DNA of 63,995 nucleotides, the filler included, from Choristocarpus tenellus KU-1152 (taxonomy: Eukaryota > Protista > Phaeophyceae), in the NCBI GenBank assembly GCA_964200185.2. It is 11 parts of 11 records of this genome, joined end to end, with 100 filler letters (N's around TTAATTAATTAA, not from the genome) between each part and the next. Parts side by side here need not be neighbours in the genome. Positions count along the whole stretch, not along the records: positions 12,282 to 14,851 come from CAXNAD020026693.1; positions 14,952 to 21,453 come from CAXNAD020007992.1; positions 21,554 to 27,834 come from CAXNAD020008488.1; 8 more parts are not named here. One strand, given 5' to 3'. Of the stretch, positions 12,918 to 26,045 are shown one piece after another. Below the pieces are notes generated by a model, which had not been told where the DNA came from, did not search any database, and saw only the letters and a program-made list of their open reading frames with translations. The translations under genes and the position numbers were made by a program. Numbering within the stretch: position 1 is the stretch's first letter; each line of letters begins with the position of its first letter.

Positions 12918-14200
12918 TAGTGTTGGGAGTCACTTCTAGGATGATACCATTCTTGATTTTTTTGAAAAGGTTGCACAACGAGTTAATCGACGATCAGCAT
13001 ATCAAATAAACGCTCTTGATCTAACCTATCGATGGTAGAAATGAATTATTTCCCAAAATGATTTTGATAAGGATAAATTTTAACCAAATATTTTCGGCAC
13101 AACCATGAAAGTATTCCGGAATGAATTATCACGACCAAACCTATCTTTCCGAAAGAATTACTTTGGATAAATCGATAGCCTAGATCCAGAGCTTTCACTT
13201 GATGTGCTGATTATTGATTAAATCGTTGGGCAACCGTTTCAAAACAATCAAGATTGGTTACTAACAAAACGGTACGTGGGCGGACCTCGGCTTAGTACTG
13301 TTTAAGTCACTCACAGGACACGATTCTGGTTGAGCTTCGTCGAGGACACTGCTTGATGCTTTCTAAGTATCACTGTGAATTGAACCCGATAGACATGGTC
13401 TGGGGGCGGGCGAAGCACTATGTACGAGGCCACTGTGACTACACGTTGCCAGGAATGAGAGCCAACATCCCTGTCAGTCTTAAGGAGGAAAGGGGGGCTA
13501 TCCAGAGTAATTGCGGAGAGGTTCTTCAGGATGAGTATTGCGTACCACCTGATATATTCCAATGAGAAAGGCACGGGGTGTACCAAATTGGACAGGGTGT
13601 ACAAGACATTTAAGTCTCACAGGAGGCCTGCACCTCCAGAATACCTCATTTGACTTGGCATGGATTGTCTGGTTCAGAGGCCTAGGCCCCAATGAGTGAG
13701 CCTTAGCCAGCAGGTGACAACATCGCATGAACGGGAAATAATGGATAAAGAATGGAGAGATATCAATGCCCATGTTCTCCAGGTGAAGATGGCCTCTTCT
13801 GGCGTCAAATCGTCCTTAAATGCGTGGCTGAACAAGTTATCAGGGCAACATGTAAGAGCTCCCATCCGTCTAAGGGAAGATAAGTCCCCACCACAGTCCA
13901 ACTAAAAGCTTTTCTAAACTGCATCATACGTATCCCCACAGTTGTCACTTCTGCAGGTGTTTGCACACAGTTGTGTCACACGCCGCGTGGCACCCCCGCG
14001 CGAAACTCGCGTCCGAACTATTTGATTTAAGTATGGTCCTGTATTTCTCACGATTACTGTAAGTCGACCAATCCAGACCCATCAAATAAGGTTAAGCATG
14101 CTGATGCGATTACAACAAACGAACTTTCATGAAAATAAATCGTTGTTGATCAAAGGTTATGGCACGACAAAGTTGATGTAGGAGGTGACTGCCAACACTG
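12918..14200 (+). mobile_element. IS630/Tc1-mariner DNA transposon, internally deleted
   Basis: TIRs (T/C)AGTGTTGG(G/C)AGTCAC at 12918 and, inverted, ending 14200; TA on both sides. Transposase C-terminal remnant at about 13340-13620: GHCLMLSKYHCELNPIDMVWGRAKHYVRGHCDYT (xPKxHCELNPIE-type motif, with the catalytic E seen as D). Confidence 0.85.
12946..13258. mobile_element. Foldback MITE or long palindrome nested in the Tc1-like element
   Basis: About 90-100 bp imperfect inverted arms: ACCATTCTTGATT...CTATCGAT versus ATCGATAG...AATCAAGATTGGT. Confidence 0.75.
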
Positions 14201-14375
14201 TACTAGGAGAACACAGGGTGATACGTAAGACTTTTTGACAGTGAATTTCATTGTGTATATACACTCTATGTAGTAACACATACAGCAAACTGAAATTTGG
14301 CTTTCTATCTCTAGGAAATGGGGGAAAAGTAACTTATAAACGAAGATTTCATATGTACTATATTAATTGTTATTG

Positions 14376-14851
14376 CAGTCTTGGAAATTGCCTCCTCCAT
14401 CAACATTGTTGTGCCATAACTTTTGTTGTGCCATAACTTTTGATCAACAACCATTTTTTTCATGAAGCCTCGTATGTTGCAATCGCATTAGCATGCTAAA
14501 CTTTGTTTGATGGGTCTTGGTTGGCCAACTTACAGTAATCGTGAGAAATACAGGACCATACTTAAATCAAATAGTCCGGACGCGAGTTTCGCGCGGGGGT
14601 GCCAGGCAGCTTGCTCGAACCACGCATTTAAGGACGATTTTGACGCGTGAATAGGTCACCTTCACCTGGAGAACATGGGCATTGATATCTCTCCATTCTC
14701 TTTCCATTATTTCCCGTTCATGCGATGTTGTCACCTGATGGCTAAGGCTCACTCATTGAGGCCCAGGCCTCTGAACCAGACAATCCATGCCAAGTCAAAT
14801 GAGGTATTCTGGAGGTGCAGGCCTCCTGTGAGACTTAAATGTCTTGTACAC
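14376..14851 (-). mobile_element. Second, inverted copy of the Tc1-like element 3' end
   Basis: Reverse complement of about 13597-14200, lacking a roughly 150-bp segment; CAGT terminus at 14376; truncated by contig end. Confidence 0.9.
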
Positions 14852-17800
14852 NNNNNNNNNNNNNNNNNNNNNNNNNNNNNNNNNNNNNNNNNNNNTTAAT
14901 TAATTAANNNNNNNNNNNNNNNNNNNNNNNNNNNNNNNNNNNNNNNNNNNNATCTATTTACTCCATTCAACCCCTTCCCCCACCCCCCACCCCACCCCTC
15001 CTCCTCTTTATCCCTCCCCCCCCCCCCCCCCCCCCCCCTCCCCCCCTGGGAAATGCTTCGCCACTCATCGCTTCATTCACCTTGTTTCATGCTCCACCTC
15101 TATCTCGGCCTCCGCCACACAGTTTCCACCCGCCCCACCCACTACCTCTGCCCCTGCCCCCGCCCTGGACCTCAACCACCCTGTCCCATGGCAGGTCCCC
15201 CCAGCCAAGACCGTGAAAGGTACTAGCAATTCCTTTGTAGAAACAGTAGGCGTCTCTGGTGTCACACTTAGTGGAAACCTGCCTGTGAAACTGAGAAGGC
15301 GCTGTCGGCGTGGGGTCACAGGTGGTTGCTCTGTGGCGATGGGCGACACTCCAGAGTGTTCTGCAGAGGTCGTGGTTACTGTGGCCGTTAACCCATAGTT
15401 GTATCGAACCGCAACACCCTGTTTACATTCCCCGGCGGGTGGGGAACACCACCAACACACACGAACACACAAAGCGGTCTTGGGATGAGGATCACACCTG
15501 TTTGTCGATGTATACTCGATGGGAGATGGATTTGTTGGGGGAGAATGGGGACGGGTACGGGGACTCTGCCAGTGGCGTACATCCAACATCCAACACAACT
15601 TCTACCAACTGAAAACCAGAACAACAAAAATATATGCCATGGGCGTTTTCAAGAGTGCACTCACTATAAGCATGTGTACAAACGAGTTGGGAATAACACT
15701 TGCATCCACCCCACTATCACTGCGGTAGAAGCTGGCAAATTGTTTGGTTCTATTTTGGGGAGGCAAAACACGGAAAGCTCAGCAGTAGCAACTCGAGTAG
15801 TCAAATAGTACATGATCGGACACTAAAAAAAAAAAAGTTGTAGTAAGCAGCAACAGCAGCTCCATGTAAAAATGCACACACTAAGTACAGTGGTCGCTAT
15901 CAGCATAAGCCTTTCCACCCCAGCCGATCACATGTCCACCCCCAAAAAACATCAAGAGAATAAGGCTAGGGCTAGGGATACGTGAGATGGTTATGATTAG
16001 GTATACTTTTATGGTGTTAAGTTAGGTGTTGCTTGTGCTAATTGTACAAATGGTAGAGTCTGTATTCCTACAATGCACAACTGGACAAAGAGTTTGCACA
16101 GCAGTTGCTAAGTGCCAGCAAAGGAGGCTAAAGTTGAGATGAGGCTGCAACTACAACTACAGAATATATATATACATTTTTTAAAGAGAATCGTGGTGAG
16201 TGGAGCACCCACCAGGCCGTCTGACCTTGAAGGAAGGGGGCAGACCAAGGGGAAGGGTAAGGCTGAAGGAGAAGGACAATGATTCCTCCTTGGTGAGGCG
16301 TTCTTTCTTCAGGACTAATGCAGCATTAGTGAAAAATACACAGGCTGAGTTGGCATCAGCAACGTTACTATTGTACCTGTGGTATAGAGTTTTGGAGGAA
16401 ATGGGAGCGTGCGAGGGGTGCAATCCTTACTTACACTGGTATTGTTCAACAGGCTTACTCCCTCTTTGAAAAAGAGAGCTGGGAGTAAGGGAAGGCAGAG
16501 TTGCATCAAAATCGAACACTGGAGGGCGAAAAAAACAAATTTGCACTAGAACAGAAAGGCACTCATCCAAAAATCACTTTAGGCACAAACAGAAAAAAGC
16601 ATACATCTTAGTAAAAAAACAACCAAAAATATTGGTGTAGTTATCTGGAAACTTTCGAAGTTCAAACCTGTACACAGGATAGAAGCGAGGGAGCGAGCCT
16701 TCTCACAACGAAACAAGATTGAAAGCTTTGGGGATATTGAACGGATGGCACAGAGTTTCAGTATTACTGTCTGCAAGGCTGATATACGTAGATGCAGATA
16801 TTACTATGCCCAGTACCCTGCTTGTTAAGTGCAAGTGCGACCTTGTTTGCTGCCAGAACCACGTTTTTCCTAGATGAAAATGGAGTAGGGGATGCCGACT
16901 GCAGCCCGACTCTCTCCCTGCCTAGACGAATTCAAACAAAATTGGTGGAATCAAATCTACCCATGCAGCTTGCGAGCAAACGCTGCTATAGCTCATCATG
17001 ACTCCAACACGATTGCTTAACCACAACTGTAGGCCAAAAATACTCAAGTCAGTACAGAGTTGCTCAGCCTTGCAGAATGACCATCGGGAGTCCATTGCCC
17101 TATCTGCATGGTCTATTACAACTTTGATTCCTCTCACCGTGGCAAATTTTCACCAAAGCTCTGTCCGGGGCCTTGGCCATACAAATTGCGAACTGAGTCG
17201 GGCAAGGATATCCAGCGGGGGTCCACCTTTACGTGACCATGGGCCTGTACTGTGGCCTGGGATGGAAAAAAAGTAGTTACGGGGGTTGAGGATGGGGTGG
17301 AAGGGTTGAGGGAAGCAACATGCATTAAGAGGGAACAATAGAGCACCCCAACAGTCGTCAGCAGAGCACTGAATACAGCCAACTGCATTAGGTTGGGTGG
17401 TGTTCTTCTCACGATGAGTGACCCTTACAGAGAAGAAGCTTCTCCCCTAATGTTGAGGTAACTGGCTGGAATTCATCTCTCCGCACAGGAGAATCGCTAC
17501 CTTCATCTGCTGTGATAGCACTGATACATAGGCAGCATGTGGAGAGCGCACAACCAAGTTTGAACTGAACCCATTCCTCTCCACCTCATAGGTCTCGTTC
17601 GCCGCCCTGACAACAGAGCTCGATATGGTGATGAACCCTTTATCCTTCCCTAATCTCCTCTCTACTGTACTTACAAATCGATATATATATATATATACAT
17701 ATATATGGAGTCAGAACATGTCTACTCGTGGCGACTTCTCATAAGGGTGTTTCGAAGCACACCTTGACCAAATTTACGTGATCCTCTACATCGTCTTTCA

Positions 17801-18078
17801 AGGCAAACGTGATGACTCCGCTGATTTGCTCTCCAGGAAGATATGTGCTATTCTGAAGTCTGCATGTCACCAGGCAGTAATCTCGGAGTTGCATGGTTCA
17901 ATCGAACAAGGAAGATGAAGTTCTCTTCAAAATCTACCACCCCAAGCACAACTATATATCTTTTTTTCTTTTGGACAATCATCTACTACCTCACCCACCT
18001 TACCCTTTCCATAAACTTCGGGTCGTTTCATTTTTTTGACATGATATTCGTAGCTGATCATGTTCGTAAGAAAGGAGA

Positions 18079-18762
18079 ATGGGCGTCTTAGATGATGTCA
18101 ATCTAGCAAGACCAGTTGGGGACCTTGGCGCTGACACCCTTCGAGACACAACTCACTCTGGGGGAGAAGAGGAAGCCGTCTCACAAAATGGAAGCACAGG
18201 AAAAGCAACAGAAACCGAGCCACTCGGATACGCCACAGACATTGCACGCCAAGCAGATCCTGTCTCAGTTCCAGAGACCAAGAGCCCCAACTACCAAGGC
18301 ACGAGCGGATCGAGAAGCACAAGTGCTGATCAACGGAGGAGAAAAAATCGAGGGAAGGGAACTGGGACATCAGGAGAAAGGAGACGTAACCTTAATCCTT
18401 CCTCTGCAGTGACAAGGCGTCGACAAAGAGGGAGCATTGCAAGGAGAAGCGTAGCGGACAAAATAGAGCCAAGTATGCCACAATCTATGCCCGATAGCGC
18501 TTCTGCGGATGTAGCACCGCTAGGGGAAATCGAAATTGATGATCCGACAGAGTTAGAAGGCAATGGAGCCGAAGATATGCAGGACGAAGTTAGAATGGAG
18601 ACAGAGAATGATGAGGCAAGGAAGTGGCAGGAGCAATGCCGAATCCTAGAAGATCGATGCGCTGCAATAGAGAAGGACAAAGGTGCCTATAGAAGAGAAA
18701 CGTTGGATGCGATTGACAGAAAAATCTCGTACACGAATGGTACAGTAGTCCAGAGTGTTTGA
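18079..18762 (+). CDS. Hypothetical 227-aa ORF (disordered N-terminus, coiled-coil C-terminus), possibly TE-derived
   Basis: ATG-initiated uninterrupted ORF with basic and acidic tracts and heptad-like EARKWQEQCRILEDRCAAIE. No family recognised. Confidence 0.35.
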   Translation: MGVLDDVNLARPVGDLGADTLRDTTHSGGEEEAVSQNGSTGKATETEPLGYATDIARQADPVSVPETKSPNYQGTSGSRSTSADQRRRKNRGKGTGTSGERRRNLNPSSAVTRRRQRGSIARRSVADKIEPSMPQSMPDSASADVAPLGEIEIDDPTELEGNGAEDMQDEVRMETENDEARKWQEQCRILEDRCAAIEKDKGAYRRETLDAIDRKISYTNGTVVQSV

Positions 18763-20513
18763 GGTGGTGGATTTTATTCCTGTATGCGGGCGACAAGCCA
18801 CCTCGCATCATAAGTTGTGCTATCTGCAGCCACTTGAAGCCTGTTTGATTTGCAGATAAATGCAAGGGAGTTCATGGATCAAAACTTCGGATCCGCACAA
18901 GCCCCTGGGTGGGGATTTTTCGAACACCTTTTTCCCTCTGCCTTTCTATGTTTGGGGTGGGAACAGGAGGCCTTGACCTCATACTGTATCTTGTTGTGAG
19001 AGGCATGACTTCAAAGATGACATCCACAGGGCGTATGGTCGACTAACCATTACCTCACCTCGCCCAGCTTGCAAGAATCTTAGAGGGGGGCACCATCCCT
19101 TCTTTCCCAAGGGTAGATTTTTCGACTATTTCTGATAGTTACAGGTAAATCTGGAATCCTTCCATTGAATCCAAGTCTGCTCTTTATTGCTTTTTTTCTT
19201 CATGTCTAGAGGTCCATTCACAGATAATTGGCATCATCCTTGCTCATCTAACAACAATGCCATTAGGTCCATTGCACTGCTCTTTTCTTCCTTAATAAAT
19301 CTGACTATTCATAATGAAGGAAGAACAAGCATGGAGAGCAAGGCTGTAGGATGGAAATATGTTACTACAAGTAAAAACAGAGTTGGAATTCTAACAAGTG
19401 TCACACAAATCTAGTTGGTGAGAAACAGGGCCATTCCGTTATCACCATTTTCTCAATAAAGCAGACCCTGGCCCAACCTAAGCCCTGTGGTTGTGTACGC
19501 TACTTTTCTAGGGCATTGCACTTGTGAGTGTTTATTATTGGTAAACAAATTTGGTTTGCAACTTTTTCTAAATACCTTCTCCACCTTGTGTCTGCATCTT
19601 GTTTAGCACCCTTTCCCAAAAGCAATTCCTGAACACACTGGTGTTGCTACAGGTCTTGCCTCTCTCTCCCTCACATATTTTCGTATTTTCCCTTCAAAAT
19701 GATATTTTGCTCCACTAACTTTGATACGTCCCTCCCACTGTCTGTTTGTTCTATGTTTTGCATTACACCAGTGGCCAAGGAGAAAGAGATGGCGGATTTC
19801 AAAGCTAATGTAAAATTTCGGGCCAATATTGTGAGTCGAGCGGAGATGATAATCTTTGAGGTATGCCTCAACATGTTTGATCGCATGGGCCGGGCAGAAG
19901 GGACGCACATCTCGACCAATAAAGGGAAGCTCATGGCAGAGGTATGGAAGTACTCCAGAGCCCTAATGGTAGGACTCTTCATGTCAGTTAACATAGTTTC
20001 TGAGGGAAGAATGGCTACCTGGCATAGTAGGCATCTACAAGTTGGATCAAACCATACTTCTGGTGATGTAAAGGGCATGAGAACGTAAAATTGTGCCGCC
20101 TATTAACAGAAAGTAGGCCTTTCTGTGCTTTACTTTTGTGCTAGAAATGGCGATCGCATGAACCCGTGGGCTTCTATTAATATTAATATTAATACCATCA
20201 CACACCTCTAGTGTGTGGGATTGTCGTTCCCTGAGTAACATGTGGTCATTTTGCACTGCAGGGGCCATTGTGCTGTATGTAGTGCTTACCAATGGACATA
20301 CTTCATTTCAGTCGAATAAATTAATTGGTAAGAGCTTCTCCATTCGAGGGATGAAAAGCCAGAGCTGCAGATATCACTTTTTCATGACATCTCCTCCAGG
20401 AAGTAGTCACTCAACCATCTCGGGAGAACCTACGTTTTGCTGTTCACGTCGCCCTGCATTACCTATGTTTCTTCCAAACACCAATCACCTTACACATTAC
20501 CTTCTCCACCAAT

Positions 20514-20687
20514 GGCTCGAAGTATCTGTGGGGGGGGTAGAGACTGTCCAGTTGGGACTCATTTTTCCATTTCGCAATTTTTGTGTGATTTGGTTGCATA
20601 CATTGGGTGGATAATGTAAGTGCACTTTTCCTGATCAGGGCCCAAATGGACACCCTGGTGTAGACCCCCCCCCAGATACGTTGAGCC
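20514..20687 (+). mobile_element. MITE family B, full length (174 bp)
   Basis: TIRs GGCTCGAAGTATCTG(T)GGGGGGG / CCCCCCCCCAGATACGTTGAGCC; flanks AAT/ACT (imperfect 3-bp duplication). Confidence 0.85.
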
Positions 20688-20813
20688 ACTTGATCCCATA
20701 ACAAACTCCACCACCCACTCTTCTGCTTACCTCCCAAACACTTTCACCAACGATGCACACCAAAAAGAACACTAACCACCACATCAATCGACCATTAACT
20801 ACTGACCTCAAAG

Positions 20814-21065
20814 GTGCACGAGAACCCTGCCGCTTTTGCAACAAAAGCAAAGAAGAACATCTGCCTACAACTATCCAAGTGGGAAACGGACCGCGCTAAC
20901 CTCGAGGCCAGTGTTGCCCGTGCCAAATCAGAAATGAAGGCAGCGGAAGCGGTTCACGAAGAGGATCGCCGGATTCTTCTTGAGGATGTAGAGAGGTTGG
21001 AGGAATCTGTGAGAAGGCTCAATGAAGAGAACACACATTTAAAGGAGTCTATGGAGTCGGCAGTG
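20814..21065 (+). CDS. Internal exon of a coiled-coil protein
   Basis: Branch-like ACTGAC and AAG acceptor, 252-nt phase-0 open frame (WETDRANLEASVARAKSEM...LEESVRRLNEENTHLKESME), GTGAGC donor. Confidence 0.55.
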
Positions 21066-21378
21066 GTGAGCAGGTGTGGTTTAGTGGATTGGCGGGACTG
21101 GGGGCAGTGGAGGAGAGCGCAGCTCACCTTGGCGAAGCATAGATAATACTCAGGAGTACTTAGGAGTTTTGTGTTTGCGCCGAGTTTGATCCAAGAGATG
21201 TATGAAACAGTAAGCAGAATGCAAACCACGGTAACTCCTCCAGTGATCTCTTCCAGATGCGGTATATGGTTCAGTGTGTCATCTATGCGTTTGGTATGCC
21301 ATCCCCAGGACCTGAACCGTATTGGGTTTGCTTTCCTCCTGTTTCCCAGTGTCCCTACCACCAGGATGAAGGAGTGGA

Positions 21379-21453
21379 GGCTCAAAGTATCTGGGGGGGG
21401 GGGGGGGGGGGGGGGGGGTCCCTTTGGGGTGGGTTTTTTCTTGTTGAGTTTTT
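21379..21453 (+). mobile_element. MITE family B left end (truncated)
   Basis: GGCTCAAAGTATCT followed by long poly-G at the contig end. Confidence 0.75.
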
Positions 21454-22050
21454 NNNNNNNNNNNNNNNNNNNNNNNNNNNNNNNNNNNNNNNNNNNNTTA
21501 ATTAATTAANNNNNNNNNNNNNNNNNNNNNNNNNNNNNNNNNNNNNNNNNNNNTGTTTGCCCTCAGCTTCCGGACGGGCCCCGTTTGTTGGTCGCCAGAT
21601 GAAACCTTCTGCAGAAGTTGGGTCACCTCCTTCTTCCTCTCTTCGTGGTGGGGCTTGACCCAGACCTCGTGCATATTGCACTTGTGAGCCTGTCCATTTC
21701 CTTGGCAGCCCATGCATCATTCACGTAACGTCCCAAGTGCAGAGCAGTTTTTGCTACAACCAATCAGTGCGGTGGCGAAAAAGACGCTGACAGAATATTT
21801 TACAATTGGGGGGCGCATGGCGACGTATGGGTGTGCAGGAGATACGGAAAAAGGCAAAAAAAGAAGAACCGCTGCAACTGCACCATTTACCAACCTTCGG
21901 AGCTATGGTGTCCACTTCTCCTTGGGTACAATCTACCTGGTGCGCGAGACAAGCATCTCAGATATGTGCGCGTCCGATTCGATCTCCTTGTAGTCCCTCG
22001 CCGTAGGAGTCTTCCCGTTGAACAACTTGTACCTGCAAAAAGAGAATGGC

Positions 22051-22140
22051 GAGCCAAAGTATCTGAGAGGGTACGGCCCCGTCCAAATGGGGTCTGGAGT
22101 TCGATGTGGACGATTTGTTAATGTAATTATGGGGAAGCGT
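22051..22140 (+). mobile_element. Family A-like left terminus with no nearby right TIR
   Basis: GAGCCAAAGTATCTGAGAGGGTA plus about 90 bp loosely similar to the MITE A left arm, then unrelated sequence. Confidence 0.7.
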
Positions 22141-23935
22141 CTTAACTGGTGAGTGTGATGAACCCCCGATTCACAGGGGGCGCCTTTGAGAAGTTGCTTC
22201 TTTGGGTTTTGTCATCATATATATCAATCGTGTAGGATTGATTGCTGGTGTCTCCATTTATTGTGGTTTTTGAAATGCGATGACGATATTCCTCTTTGTT
22301 GAATTTACCTTCATTAATGGAGTGTAGGTGTTCAAAATGTAGTGCTAGGTTTCGATGGTGGTAGGACAATTTTTGCCAAGCAAGATAACATTGAGAGCAC
22401 AAACGCTGGAAGAACGCGCAGGGCGTTGCGAGGACAACCAAGCAAAGAGCGAGTGTATTCCTTGGTGGCACATGCAATGTATAGGATTAGGACATATTGC
22501 CAGGGGTAATATCCCATTCCTTTTGGGGGGGAGGATGGCATTGTCATTCTATGTTGACAGCAATGTGTGTCAAATCTCTTAGATTTTGTAATGGTTATTA
22601 TTGCGACCTATTATGTAAGATGAGATGACAAATGCCTTGAGAAGATGCGAACAGATAGGGTGGATTCCTCGGAAAGAATGAGCTAAGCATTTTTGTTGCG
22701 CTCTGGTGGTGTGTAGTGTGACAATGAACCGGTTCTCTTATTGAGATTTAATTGTAATTTTGCGGTTAAGTTGGGATGGAGTAACTTAAGCGTTGCGTGT
22801 TTTGACGGAGTGAAGGCGGAAACACAGTAAGAAGAAGACGCAATGAATAAGGGGATGGCCCCAACATTGAACCGGAGTCGTTTGTCCTGTACCCATTGTA
22901 CTGCTGCAACAACTGAATGAGATGTGAGTAAATAAAACGGGTATTGTGTAATATACAGTGGATTATGACATTGTTTTAATTTTAATACACGAATTTCATG
23001 GCAACTTTCGGTCTTTTTGGGAGGGTAGAGACGGGTTATTTGGAGGATGGCAGCATTTTAAAGGACAAGTATGGAGGAAGAATGTGCGCGGAGGCAGGGT
23101 GTAAAGTGTAAGTGGATGTTAATCCTTGCCTCTGATCCTATCGAGTGTAGTGTGTGAAAGACATGGGCTGCTCTGACTTGTGAAACGAAGTGCTTTGAAA
23201 AAGCACAGGGCAAGACATGTTGACGAGTGCAGCATTAGATATGTAGGATAAAAAAATTAGCCTTTGGATGGTGAAAATATTACCTTGGTGGACAACACAG
23301 TACATGGAGATCTGCACGTGTAGGTGACACAGGAAAACACTGTTCCCATTTCATAGACTCGATACAAACTGAGGGGTTTCATTGGAAACTGTCCAACTCT
23401 AAAGTACAAAACACATAGGCGAGAAGAACTCGTGAGGTGTTGCGCATGTGAGGAAGCACTTGTCGTGATGAAGAGAGGCTGCACTATTATTGCAGAAGAC
23501 ACGCTAAACATCGTGTTCAAAGAATCAAATTTAAAACAATACCTCCAAATCTTGTAAGTTATACAGTACATGAAGGAACATTTGAACGTCGATTAGATAT
23601 CGGGTGTGAAATTTTGCGATGTTAACTTTAACAGGCAATGGTGAAACTATAAACCATAACACACATAAATAACACATATCCATGGATAGACCTCAGTCCA
23701 TCAAAATCATGTTAAACACAAAGACCAACAACAGATCATTCGAGGTTCAACACAAAGTAGCAACTGCATTATACACACACTCGAAACGCATGTAATTTAT
23801 GCACCAAGAGAGGTTGACCTGTTACTCTGGTTAAGCTCAAGATCTGAGAAATCAATGAAGACCACAATGCCAGTGGCTCCTTGGGACCGTAGGCCGTATC
23901 TAGGCACTAGGTGTCACGATATCGCATCACAGTCT

Positions 23936-24103
23936 CCTAACCCAACAACACCGTTACCAAAAAATGACGTGGACTCGGTCCAGATTACTGACACAAGTAT
24001 CTATCTAGTGTACATGTCCTAACCCAACAACACCGATACCAAACACAATGATGAAGACATTGACTCCATCCAAACTATTCACCTAGGTATTCATCAAGTG
24101 TAC
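23936..24103 (+). repeat. Imperfect tandem duplication of about 80 bp
   Basis: Two units, each beginning CCTAACCCAACAACACCG(T/A)TACCAAA and ending AGTGTAC. Confidence 0.75.
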
Positions 24104-24216
24104 CTATTCGATAGTGATCTACGTAGATCAGCTTTTACCCTAATCATTCGTTGAAATAATCGTTTGATATTCTACTACTCTAGCTCTTACTTTGGATTTT
24201 CTTCTCCATCATCTCG

Positions 24217-25567
24217 CTTAAACTTTTTCGAAACGGTGTCCGTCTTCCATCTTCCACCAACCCCGTAACCTGGGGAACCTTTCTGTCAGAATGTGCCACA
24301 AGTTATGAGGCGACGAATATCGGTCACTCCACTCCTCTGCTTCCACACCGCACAGGAACATGGCCTTTCTCTTTATGAGGATAATTTATATCCTCCATTT
24401 GCAACATGCGCCTTGCGATCTCGCCCCGATTATTGCACCCCTTGAGGATAGCGCGGTGGACGTAGCAGTAATCGTCAACAATGATGGGTTTGGCCTTAAC
24501 TCCTGTCTTCGCCGCCACAAACCCATGACAGTCAATCACCTGTTTAAGAACATTGGATGTTACTGTCGGGTTTCGATTTTTGAAAATTCCGCTCCTGATG
24601 CACTCCTTTCCAAAACCATATCTCAACAAAGCATCGGCACAATCTTCAAGAAATTCGTCAGTTATGCCATAATCGATCTTACCATCGGAAGTGATGGCTT
24701 CCTCATCATTTGCCTCAGAGGGATCATTCCCTCGCGTACTCGCCCCACTTCCATCAAAAAAGGACGAAAGAGATAGTCCGTCTTCTTCGAGAACAGAGGC
24801 ACTATCGTCATTCGACTTTTTCCCTTTAGGTCCTGAGAAGCTCGTCTTTCGACGTCCACAATTGGAACGCACGCTCTCCTCGAGCTTCCTTTTGAAGCCG
24901 TGATTCTGCTGTGTGTCAGTATCAACCTGAACCCTCTCCACATCTTCAGGTTCTGCTTCCTCATTTTCTCCCGAGCTGTCAAAGATGTCCAATGCCGAAG
25001 TGGACATTTCCAGGTCGCGGGAGATGTTGCTATTTCCAGAAAAGCTCGACAAAGTTTCGCAATCGGACTCGGGGGTTTCATCGATATCCCCAAATAGGTC
25101 GTCGTAGTTGTTGACGATATCACCGTCTGAGAGGACCATGGGAGCTGGTCTGGACCTCTCAATGCGATCTTCACACGAAGGCTGGAGGCCTATACTCTTT
25201 CCCTTCCCTTTGGAAGGGACACCACGCCCCACCCCAACTTCGGCAACCTCTCCAATGACGGACCCATCAATGCTGATGGGATGGTCCTTTGTGGATTGTT
25301 TTAGGCGCCGGAAAGGTTGGATTTCTGAGGCGGCCCTCAGAGCTCCGTTGAGATCCTCGGGGTGCTGGTTGGAACTGAGCTGAACATCATGGTAAAGTGG
25401 CCGGAGGGCTCGCTGTGTAGGTTAGCGAGCCGTTGTTGTATAATATCAGCCACCTTCTTTTTGATGTCCTCCTCTTCATGGACCGCTTTCGAAATCCCTC
25501 CGGTCCCCGCCACAAGAACCGTTACATCACCATAACCTTGGAGAGGCCGGAATACATTGGTATGCAA
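24217..25567 (-). pseudogene. Long frameshifted ORF of unknown family (acidic disordered region plus globular C-terminal domain)
   Basis: 302-aa ORF at 24324-25232. A frameshift gives a plausible continuation (AMFLCGVEAEEWSDRYSSPHNLWHILTERFPRLRGWWKMEDGHRFEKV*), and the 25337-25567 ORF lies upstream in another frame. Confidence 0.45.
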
Positions 25568-26045
25568 AATACTAGTCGAGACAGCGTCACAAAAAGCATT
25601 GGAAGGAGGTATATAGAGTTAGGGTTAGAGAAGGCACGCGGTAGACTTCAGGCATGTCGGTCAACATGATTAATCTCGTAGGCTTACATAATATTTACAC
25701 TACCCCAACGCAAAAGGGTAGGATCGAAATTGGTGAGGTGTGCGGCTACTTTCTTTGACTGGTCTTTGGTTTGAATTGTGTAGGGCTTTTAGGGTGTGTA
25801 TGACCAAAGCACTGAGCACGACACACATTTTCAAACTCATATGCACATAAGACCCGCTTCTTAATATAAGCTTATGTTTTAAAGCCAAGCCGTGAAAAAC
25901 TGTTTCCAAGTTATACAAGTTGCCCCAAACGGTGTCCTTTGTAATACTTTGTTGGTAACCTAATTTGAGTTAAATAAGTCTTATCCGTGCAAACTGTGAC
26001 AGTACGGATTTGTAAAAAAGTACAACATTTATTGGCACGCATTAA

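Noticed and set aside
15077-17640. Multiple 60-170 aa ORFs
   Set aside because: No recognisable motifs or consistent splice structure; could not support a call.
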